A stretch of DNA of 64,000 nucleotides from an uncultured Verrucomicrobiae bacterium (GTDB lineage Bacteria; Verrucomicrobiota; Verrucomicrobiia; Limisphaerales; JAFGQR01), in assembly GCA_963788655.1 (NCBI GenBank), contig CAWBHS010000039.1, forward strand, positions 64,001 to 128,000, written 5' to 3'. The position numbers were made by a program, and so were the translations under genes. Under the pieces are notes generated by a model. It was not told the origin of the DNA and ran no database searches. It saw only the letters and a list, made by a program, of their open reading frames with translations. Within the stretch, counting starts at the first letter, position 1; every line of letters begins with the position of its first letter. Shown one piece after another: positions 31,101 to 40,463 of the stretch.

Positions 31101-33593
31101 CTGACGTAGGCGCAACGAACAGCCCCCTCGCCGCATCCGCGTGCTTTCGGCCCCGCAGCTCCCATGATGAACGTCACCTCCGGGCCATTGACACTGCGCA
31201 CCACCATGTTTGGGCCCAGAACCACGCGGTTGGTCATCAGCCCCACGAGCGCCTTGCCACCCCGGGCGTAAACCCCGTTGGTCACCAATACGGTCCGCCC
31301 GATCTCGTTCCCGGCATCAATCGCACTCTGGATGTCCGTCGCCGCCGTGGACCAATCGGCGTACGGAAAAGCCGGCGTGGCATTGGAAGCGTTGACATAA
31401 TAAACTGCTCTGACCACCTGGACCAGGATCGTGGCGCTGACCCCCCCGGGAAAACTGTCATTGTAACCAGTTAAGCGGACGGTGTAGAGCCCCGGCTCGC
31501 TCCAGCTATGGCTCAGGTAAGGAGTGTTGCTCACCACCACCCCATCGCCAAAATCCCAAACACTGGCCATGATCGACCCCACATTCTGGGCCACGAACGG
31601 GACGTCAAAATCAGTGGCCACATTGGTGTAACCAGCCTGAATCCCCATACTGAGCGGGCCGGGAGCGCTGCCGGCCCAAAACTGGTCCGCGCCCATGCAA
31701 GGTGGATTCAGCCACGGTTCCCCGTCGATATCCACGCCGCTGATATAAGCCGCGCTACCCCGGCCAATACATGGCGAACCGGCCGAAAGATGAGAGGCCG
31801 AGGCGAGTTGGGGCGGATCGCTGATATTGCCCGGACCCGGCGGCACAGGAGTGGTGCAGCAATAGTTAAACCGTGACGGATAGTAGGATGTCGAAGAGTA
31901 ATTAACTCCCTCGAAGGCATTGTTGTAATAAACGATGCAGTTGTTGAGCGTGTCAGCAAACGAACCGCCACCGGAGAGAAGCCGAGTTGCCGGTCAAGGT
32001 GCAGTTGTTGAGCGTGCCATAGCACGAACCACCGCCCCATCCAGCCGAGTTGCCGGTCAAGAGACAGTTGGTGAGGGTGCTAAAATGCGAGCCGCCACCG
32101 TTCCCGCCCCAGTTGCCGGTCAAGGTGCAATTGTTGAGCTCGCCACCATGCGAACCGCCGCCGTGTTGCGAAGCCGAGTTGCCGCTCAAGGTGCAGTTGC
32201 TTAGCGTGCTATAAAACGCGCCGCCGCCGGCCTCAGCCGAGTTGCTGCTCAAGGTGCAGCCGGTCAGGATGCCATTGTGCGCGCCGCCGCCTTCCCAGCC
32301 GAAATTGCCGGTCAAGAGACAGTTGTTGAGCGTGCCCGAAAACGAACCACTGCCATAGCGATTGCTACTCAATATGCAGTTCTCGAGCGTGCCCGAATAC
32401 GAGCCTCCACCGGAGTAAGCCCAATTGCCGGTTAAAATGCAGTTGGTCAGCGAGCCGTCATAGGAGCCGCCGCCGCCGTTTGCCGAATTGCCGATCAAGG
32501 TGCTATTGCTAAGGACGCCGGAATACGAGCCGCCGCCGAAGGTCGCCTGATTGCTGCTCAAGATGCACATGGTGAGCACGCCATGATACGAGCCGCCGCC
32601 GTTCGTAGCGGAGTTGCCTTTTAAGGTGCAACTGTAAAGCGTGCCAGAATGCGAACCACCGCCGTTCGTCGCCGAGTTGCCTTCCAAGGTGCAACTGTAG
32701 AGCATGCCCGAATACGAGCCGCCGCCGTTCGTCCCGGAGTTACCGTTGAGGATGCAGTTGCTGAGAACGCCGGCATAGGATCCACCGCCCTGGTCAGCCC
32801 AGTTGGCGCTCATCGTGCAGTTGCTGAGCGCGCCAGAATACGACCCGCCGCCGGAGTAATGCGCCCTGTTGCCGCTCAAGCTGCAGTTGTTGAGCGTGCC
32901 CTGATAGGCCCCGCCACCGTAATTCGCCGTGTTGCCGCTGAAAGTGCAATGGTTGAATACGCCATAATACGACCCGCCTCCGTTGCGTTCCGCCACGTTG
33001 CCGCTGAACGTGCAGTTGTTGAACGTCCCATAAAATGAGCCACCCCCGTGCCGAGCGGAGTTGCCGGTCAAGATGCAGTTGGTCACGATGACGTCCGTTG
33101 AAGCGCACCAGACACCCCCGCCACATGTTTCCTGGTAATTGGTGCTGGTGGTAGTGGCTCCGTTGGTCAGAGTGAACCCGCTCAGAACCGCTCCGTCCGT
33201 CAAATAAACACAGCGCGTGGCCCCATCGGCGTTAGTCGTCGCTGGCCGGTAGCCTTGGATCACGGTTAGCTTCGGGCCATTGACGCTCCGCACTTCCAGC
33301 GCCTTCGTCACCGCTAATCGATTCGCCACCGGCCCGGAAACCGCTCGCCCGCCGGCGCTATACACCCCGTTGGTCACCAGGATCGTATCCCCAACTGCGG
33401 CCACATCCACGGCGTCCTGAATGACTGCGGCGGCGGTAGTCCAGTTGGTGTAGGGCGCGAGGGCGTTGGTATTGGCGGCGTCTACGTAAAGGGTGGCGGC
33501 ACGTGCGCCGACAAAAGTGGACAACAAAGGCAACAGGCAAACCATCGTCGCGATTTTCGAGACACAGGTTTTCATAGAGTTACGGGCTTTCAT
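28148..33593 (-). CDS. Giant secreted beta-helix repeat protein with PKD domains (one frameshift near 31975; ~1800 aa)
   Basis: ORFs 31953-33593 and 28148-31846 join after one indel; three beta-helix blocks, two WDFG.G PKD modules, ends RFFRVLQKH. Confidence 0.82.
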
Positions 33594-33700
33594 TCGATGA
33601 ACCTCAAAGCAGCTTCCTTGAATTTTAAGGACTTGTGCTGTTTGAGGTTATTGGACGCACCGGGCGAATAAAGTTTCAGGGCGATCTCATTTTGGCGGAT

Positions 33701-33794
33701 CGGAGCGCCGACTTGCAGTCGGCTTGCCTGCCGCTCAAGCACACAACGCCCCGGTCGGTCGAGCGTCCAAAGCCGGTTGCAAACCGGCGCTCCG
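33701..33794. repeat. REP-like palindrome
   Basis: CGGAGCGCCGACTTGCAGTCGGCT...AGCCGGTTGCAAACCGGCGCTCCG. Confidence 0.75.
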
Positions 33795-34135
33795 TCAAAA
33801 TGAGAATCGCCGGCGAAGGCGGTGTCCACGGCTTGCACGCTCCAATACACGGTCTGGCCGTTGGTCAGGCCGGTGAGCGGGAGGCTGTGGCGTAACATCC
33901 TGCGTCCGGAATTTTCCAGCACGAGCTGCACGCCGCGGACGACCGGTTCCACTTGCGCGCCGTCCACGGCCAGCGTCACGCGCAGTTCGCCGGAACCTTC
34001 CGGCCGGTTCTCAATCACAAAATCCTGCCGCACGCCGTCCGCGCTCACGCGGTATTCCTCGACCAATCCCGGGCGGAGGAAACGGACCAATTGGTCCGCC
34101 ACCTGCACGGTGCCGGTGGGTGGGAGCGCGCGAGC

Positions 34136-34218
34136 GTTTTGGACTGCGGCAGTCCTCTGCCGCTTTTGCAACCGCGTCGCCAGTGGGAAAGCGCCAGAGG
34201 ACTGGCGCAGTCCAAGAC
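34136..34218. repeat. REP-like palindrome, TTGGA(G/C)TGCGGC family
   Basis: TTGGACTGCGGCAGTCCTCTG...CAGAGGACTGGCGCAGTCCAA. Confidence 0.8.
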
Positions 34219-35254
34219 CTGGCGGTTCTTCAGAGTTGGCTGCGTCTCCGACGCGCCCAACCCGCGCTGCCATCACGCGCAAACGCTCAGGGGCCGTCCC
34301 GCGCGGCGGGACCATGGTGGAAACCAGCCACAATCCTTCCGTAGTGGCTTCGCCTTCCAGTTGTTGAAACGCATCGCGCAGCCTTGCCCCATAAGATGAT
34401 GTGTTCCCCGTTTTTGCATTCTTCACCTGTTCGGCGTATTTGACAGGGCAAGCGCCATCGCCGGCCATCGTCGCGGAAAGTCCGTCGCCGCGATAAACCG
34501 CCCCAGCCTTCGCGCCAATCTCCGACCAGGGAAACGGTGCAGCCTGGCTCGCGGGGCGTGAACCATGCTGGTTCGTGTGTGTGGCCGCACCATTGACGGA
34601 AGCGAGGAGTGAGAAGCAGAACAACGTGCTGGCGGCCTTGATGAGTGCGAAAGGGAGCTTTTTCATAAGGATGGTGGGACGGGACGTTGGGTTGCAGACA
34701 CAGATATTGTTGCACACGGCGAAGTGTTGGGCGCCGCTTGGATCGTCGCCCCCGCCCACAGCAGAGTGCCCAGCCTGCGGCAGTCCGGGCGGTCCTGATG
34801 GTGATAAAGGAAGTGGTTTTCACGTCGTCACGAGTGGTCCTGGCCTCCTTTCTGGGAACGGAGGACATCATATCATGTGGCTTGGCTCACGTCGAGCGCG
34901 AATCGGCACTAATTCAGGAGCCCCGGCCAGGTTCGGAGTTCCGCCTTCCGGCGGCAGGGTGTGGGAAGTTTCCGGCGGCTACGGGTAATTCGAGCGCTTC
35001 TCCGGCTAAAGCCGGGACCGCCGCGCCGCCAAATTTTCTGCCAGATTATCGTTGCCTTGTGGTTTGGCCTTGTTATGTTTTCCGGCCTTTCGGGGTGCAT
35101 CGGACGACCCTTTGCGCTATTACCGAAGGGAAAACGGCCATCAAATTGCCTTGGTTCGAGGGAGTTGGGGCGGCCACAATAACATTGAAAATAATCCCGT
35201 GTTCCGCGGGATGGTTCGCCCGAAGATTGGCGGACTACCAACCAAAGGAAAACT

Positions 35255-36127
35255 GTGCTTAGTATTGGCGTTAAGGAATTGTTGGAAGCCGGCGTCCATT
35301 TTGGACATCAAACGAAACGATGGAATCCGAAGATGAAGCCATTCATCTTCGATGCGCGCAACGGCATCCACATCATCGACCTCAGCAAAACCCTCCAGCA
35401 ATTGGAGCGCGCCTGCTCCTTCATGGCGGAGACCATCCGCAAAGGCGACCAGGTGCTTTTCGTGGGCACCAAGAAGCAGGCGCAACAAGCCATCCGCGAT
35501 GCGGCCACCTCGTGCGGCCAGTTTCACGTGACGGAACGCTGGCTGGGCGGCACGCTCACCAACTACAAAACCATCCGGCGCTCCGTGGCCCGGCTGCGGG
35601 AAATCGAAAAAATGGAGGCCGACGGCTCCATCAGCAATTACGTCAAACAGGAGCAATCCCGCTATCGCCGCGAAGCCGCCCGGATGACCAAATATTTCGA
35701 AGGCATTCGCGACATGGAAAAGCATCCGGCGGCCATGTTCGTGGTGGATATCAAGCGGGAGCAAAATGCCGTGGCCGAAGCGCGCCGTTTAAAGATTCCG
35801 ATCGTCGCGGTCGTGGACACCAACTGCGATCCGGAACTGGTGGACTATCCCATCGCGGGCAATGACGATGCGATTCGTTCGGTGCGCATGATTCTCAGCG
35901 TCATCGTGCAATCCATCAGCACGGCGCGTGGGGAGTTCCAGGCCAAGGTGAGCCAGCCGGTGCCGCAAGTCGTCCCTTCCGGTGACGTGACGCCACTGCC
36001 GGAACCGATCGCCACCCCGCCACCGACCGAACCCGCGCCGCCCCCCGTCCTGCCTCCTGAAGAGCAGGTGCAACTGCCCGCGGAAATGTCACCGGAACCG
36101 GCGCCGCCTTCCGGGCCGGGCGCCTAG
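35255..36127 (+). CDS. rpsB: 30S ribosomal protein S2
   Basis: LLEAGVHFGHQTKRWNPKM, RWLGGTLTN, DTNCDP, GNDDAIRS. Confidence 0.97.
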   Translation: MLSIGVKELLEAGVHFGHQTKRWNPKMKPFIFDARNGIHIIDLSKTLQQLERACSFMAETIRKGDQVLFVGTKKQAQQAIRDAATSCGQFHVTERWLGGTLTNYKTIRRSVARLREIEKMEADGSISNYVKQEQSRYRREAARMTKYFEGIRDMEKHPAAMFVVDIKREQNAVAEARRLKIPIVAVVDTNCDPELVDYPIAGNDDAIRSVRMILSVIVQSISTARGEFQAKVSQPVPQVVPSGDVTPLPEPIATPPPTEPAPPPVLPPEEQVQLPAEMSPEPAPPSGPGA

Positions 36128-36222
36128 TCGGAATTGCTCCGGCGCCACGGTTCGGGCCGTATAACCGGGGAAGGCCGGCTCCCAAAGAATTTGTTCAACC
36201 TCTAACTGTTAATTGAAACGCT

Positions 36223-37062
36223 ATGCCTGAAATCACTGCCGCGGATGTCGGCAAACTCCGCTTAATGACGAATGCCGGTTTAATGGACTGCAAGAAAGCC
36301 CTGACGGAAGCGCAGGGCGACCTGGACCTGGCTGTGGAAAACCTGCGCAAGAGCGGCGTGGCCACCGCCGCCAAGAAATCGTTACGGGAAGCCAAGGACG
36401 GTGTCATTGTGCAAGCCATCGCTCCCGGCGCCCGGGCCGGGCTGCTGGTGGAAGTCAATTGTGAAACCGACTTCGTGGCGCGCAACGAGAGTTTTCGCGC
36501 GTTCTGCGACGACATCGCCAAGAAGTTGCTGGAGAATCCCCAGGTTGATGTGGAGACGGACCGCGTCGCCGCCGTCGCGAAGATCGGCGAGAACATCATG
36601 ATTTCCCGCCATACGCGATTGGAAGTCAGCGGCAACGGCATGATCGCCGCCTATATCCACACGGGCGCCAAAGTTGGCGTGCTGGTGGAAGTCGGTGCCG
36701 GCAAGGAAGCCTCGGTGGCGAATGATGACTTTAAACAAGCGGTCAAGGACGTCACCCTGCAAATCGCCGCGGCCAATCCAACCGTCGTGAGCCGGGAGCA
36801 AATCGATTCAGCGATTCTCGACAAAGAAAAGGAAATCGCCGCGGCCCAGTTCAAGGACAAGCCGCCGCAAGCTCTCGAAAAAATCGTCGAAGGCAAATTG
36901 GAGAAGTTCTTCCAGTCGTCCTGCCTGTTGGATCAGGGGTTTGTGAAACAGAATTCCGAGATCTCCGTCAAAGAGCACTTGGCGGCCATTGGCAAGAAAC
37001 TTGACGACCAGATCGAAGTGCGCCGTTTTGCCCGCTTCCAAGTGGGCGAAACCACGACCTGA
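36223..37062 (+). CDS. tsf: Elongation factor Ts
   Basis: DCKKAL, EVNCETDFVA, YIH, RRFARF. Confidence 0.97.
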   Translation: MPEITAADVGKLRLMTNAGLMDCKKALTEAQGDLDLAVENLRKSGVATAAKKSLREAKDGVIVQAIAPGARAGLLVEVNCETDFVARNESFRAFCDDIAKKLLENPQVDVETDRVAAVAKIGENIMISRHTRLEVSGNGMIAAYIHTGAKVGVLVEVGAGKEASVANDDFKQAVKDVTLQIAAANPTVVSREQIDSAILDKEKEIAAAQFKDKPPQALEKIVEGKLEKFFQSSCLLDQGFVKQNSEISVKEHLAAIGKKLDDQIEVRRFARFQVGETTT

Positions 37063-37092
37063 CACTGGGCGCAAGTTGGTGAATATAAAAGA

Positions 37093-37117
37093 ACCGTTCC
37101 GCATCGCACGGAACGGT
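37093..37117. terminator. Likely bidirectional intrinsic terminator
   Basis: ACCGTTCCG-loop-CGGAACGGT with A-rich and T-rich flanks between convergent genes. Confidence 0.7.
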
Positions 37118-37149
37118 GTTTGTAGGCCTGTCAGCAGGGTTGCTGCTGG

Positions 37150-37506
37150 CTAGGCTTCAAAGGATTTGCCGCAGCCGCAGCTTTGGCTGGCGTTGGGGTT
37201 GGTGATCTTGAAACCGCCACCGGTCAGGCTGTCCACGTAGTCAATGAGGGTTCCCATCAGGTAATTGGCACTGAACGGGTCCACGACCACGGTGACGTCG
37301 TAAAATTCGTGCTGCCAGTCGTCGGTGCGGATTTCGTCGAAGACCATCCCGTATTGCATGCCGGAACAGCCGCCCGCTTCCACGTAAATGCGTAGTGCTT
37401 TGTCGGCGTCTTCTGGTTGTTTGGCCCGCAGGTTCTTCACGTGGTTGGCCGCGCTTTCGGTCAAGGTCACCGCAGTTGGCGTTTGGGTTGTCGGGCTGCT
37501 TTCCAT
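37150..37506 (-). CDS. A-type Fe-S cluster carrier (HesB/IscA/ErpA family)
   Basis: GGCSG, NPNA..SCGCGKSF. Confidence 0.92.
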   Translation of the reverse strand: MESSPTTQTPTAVTLTESAANHVKNLRAKQPEDADKALRIYVEAGGCSGMQYGMVFDEIRTDDWQHEFYDVTVVVDPFSANYLMGTLIDYVDSLTGGGFKITNPNASQSCGCGKSFEA

Positions 37507-37552
37507 ATCTGCTGTCAAATTAGGCTGCACCCGCGTGGGTGTCAACGAGGCG

Positions 37553-40298
37553 CTAAGATTTTTCCGGGGCCTCCTGCCGGCGGGCATTCTCGATTCTTTT
37601 TTCCACGGCCGGACCGTATTGGGGAAGGGCGGCGGCGAGCCGTTGGTAAATTTTGATGGCGACCTCGCGGCGGCCGGTGGCTTCGGCCAGGCGGCCGGCG
37701 TTGAGAGCGGCTTCTTTGAACCAGAACGGATCGGGCGTTTCGCCGGGACGGAGGTTTTTCTCGCTGACGACGTTGTAATAATGCTCGAAGGCGGCCTGCA
37801 GCATAATGGTCTGGTTCGTTCCGGTCTGGGACTGGGCCATGAATCGCAAGGCGTGGGCCAGGCCGACTTCGGCTTGCGAGCGGGTGTTGACGTCCGCGGC
37901 GGCCAGGCTCATGGCTTTTTGGTAGGCGTTGGTGGCGTTTTCATATTGTTTGTCGTCGGCGGTGCCCATTTGCAAATAGCAGTCGCCGATGCGGCCCCAT
38001 GCCAACGGGGCCAGCCGGTTGGTGGGGTACAGTTGCGTAATGCGACCAAAGGCCTTGAGCGCATCGACAAACTTTTGGAGGGGTTTGGCCGGGTCCGCAT
38101 CTTGTTGGATAATCGTGTCCCCGAGGGCGAAGAAGGCTTCCGCCACGATGTCCGGCGGACAATTGTTATCGTTGATCAGCGGCGTGAAATAGTAGTCGTA
38201 CGCTTGTTTCCACGCTTGCCGGGCGAAAGCGGAGCGCCCGGCCATCATGCGCGCCCGGTACGCGAAATTCGTGCTCTGCAACAGAAGCTTGTCCTGGAAA
38301 TTCTTCTCCGCGTTCACGAAGTCATGCTGGTTGTAATAGAACGTGGCCACCCGGTACCTGGGCCCGAGGCGCGAGTTGGTCCTGGGGGAACTGGGCCACG
38401 AAATTGGTGAACAGCACCAGGGCGTTGGTCAACTGGCCCGCCTGGTAGTTGGCCCAGGCGCGGTTGAACTCGGCCCGCGGCCGGAGTGAATTGGTGGGAA
38501 ACTGGCTCAGCCACTGGGTGTATTTGCCAATGGCGCCGTTCCAATTATTTTCCTGAACGTAGGTACGGGCGATGGCCAGTTCGATTTCCGGGATCAACGG
38601 CGATTGGGGCAGCCGCTTGACCAGATCCGCCAACAAGGCGCGCCCTTCGACCGGATGGTCGTCCAGCGTAAAGCCTTGCCCGACCAACAGCATGCCGCGA
38701 TCGCGATAGTCGCTGTCCGGAAACCATTCGAGGATCTTTTTCATGGCGTCGGCGGCGTCGTTCAGGTCGTTTACTTGCAGGCTCACGCGCAAGATTTGAT
38801 ACAGGGCGTGATCGAACAGCGTGTTGCGGACCCGCGGGAAGGCCTCGAAGTTCTTGATTACCGCCTGATAGTTCTGGAGCGCGTTGGTCAAGTCTTGCAA
38901 CTGGAATTGGGCGTCCGCCAATTTAAACCGCGCCACTGCGAGATCCTCGGATAGCGCCAGGTGCTCGGTGGCTTGCTTGAACGCGGTCATGCTGTCCGGA
39001 AGCTTGTCCTGCAGCCAGAGGCACCAGCCGCGATTCAATAACGCTTTGCCGAGGAACGGGCTGTTGGTGAAGGCATTGATCAATTGGTTGAACTGCGCCA
39101 GGGCCACTTCCAAATGGTTCGTTGCTGCCAGTGGCGCGTTGGTGACGGCCGCGGCTGCGTTGGTGGCGACGGTGGCGAGGTTCGTGATGACTGTGCCGCT
39201 GGTGTGCAATTTCAAGTGGACCTCGCCCAGCGTCAGCAGCGCCAAATCCGAAGCGGCGTCGTCCGGATGGCTGGTCAGAAAGTCCTGGAGACGTTGGGTG
39301 GCTTCGGCGAACCGGCCGCGGGCCAGGGTCAATTCAATGATATGGACGAGGGCTTGGCGACGATAAGGCGCGGGCACCACCGCGGCGAGGTTCTTTTCAT
39401 AAACCCGAACGGCGGCTTCGAGATCGTTCAGTCGGTGGAGAATCCCGGCCTGCAGCGCCAGCGATTCCGCGAGGTATTGCGGTTGGCCCGCGGCGGCGGC
39501 CAGGGCCAACAGATTGGTGGTGCTGCCCAGGGCCTCTTTAGGATGGTTGTCCGCCAGTTGAATCCGGCACCGCAAATACTGTCGGCGCCATTTGAATTCG
39601 GGGATCAACGACGCTTCCGGCAACTGTTCGATAGCTTGTTCGGCGGCTTGGTATTCCTTCAGTTGCAGCAGCGCTTCGGGCAGCAGCAGTTTGCCGCGGG
39701 CCACCAATTCGTTGTTCGCGCGGACTTTGGCGGCTTTTTGGAAGGCGCTGTCCGGGCGCTGCAATCGTTCGACGACTTTGCGGTAGTCGCCCAACTTGAA
39801 CCACGCCAGGGCTTCGTTATACGCGGCTTCCAACAACAGGACCGAGTCCTTGAAATCCGCCGCCAGCAGGGCGTAGGTGTCCGCCGCCGCCTGGTAATTG
39901 GAACTCTGCAAATAGACCTTGCCCTGCCAGTAGCGGTATTGGTCGGCGAACGCGCCGGCATTGGTCACCGAGGTGGTCAACAGGTTGAGCGCTGTGTCGA
40001 GCTTCCCCTGTTCGAGTGCCGCGCGTGCGCGGAACAGAATCGCTTCCGGCACGCGCGGGGACTGCGGGAACGTCTGGGCGAAGGCTGCAAAATCTTTCTC
40101 CGCGACGTCGAACACCCCGTCGCTAAATGCCCGCGCCGCCACCGTGAAGGCTTGTTGTTCATTCGTGGCCTGCTGGGCTTGGGCCGCCGGCAGCACCAGC
40201 AGCCCGAACAGGATTAAGAACCCGCTCGCCGCGGCGCCGATCAACTTATGTGGGTGCGTATGTCGATCACACTTCATTCGGCGTATAGTATTGGACAC
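37553..40298 (-). CDS. Large exported TPR protein (frameshift near 38352)
   Basis: Signal peptide, repeated TPR helices with FP.S motifs; two ORFs abut. Confidence 0.8.
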
Positions 40299-40463
40299 TT
40301 CAACTTGGGATTCGATCTAAAACTTGCATCGCCGCGACAAGGAAGATTCGAGCCATGTCTGCGCCCTGTTCATGCAGTCGCAACGAAAGCCCTCAACCGC
40401 CCAGTAGTTCTGAATTTCGGGCCTTCGCTTCGGCCTTCGGGTTTCTCCGCTCCGTTGCCGGTG

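Larger units (their letters stand above)
33590..34666 (-). pseudogene. Deleted remnant of a secreted FG-GAP-type protein, carrying REP insertions
   Basis: Signal peptide, GLVEEY...DGVRQDF N-terminal domain fused to YWSVQAVD; REP-derived sequence at 34136-34218 and 33701-33794. Confidence 0.5.

Noticed and set aside
34670..35254. rpsB leader RNA or other ncRNA/tRNA
   Set aside because: Hairpins are present, but I could not match a defined family; no tRNA or rRNA was recognised in the window
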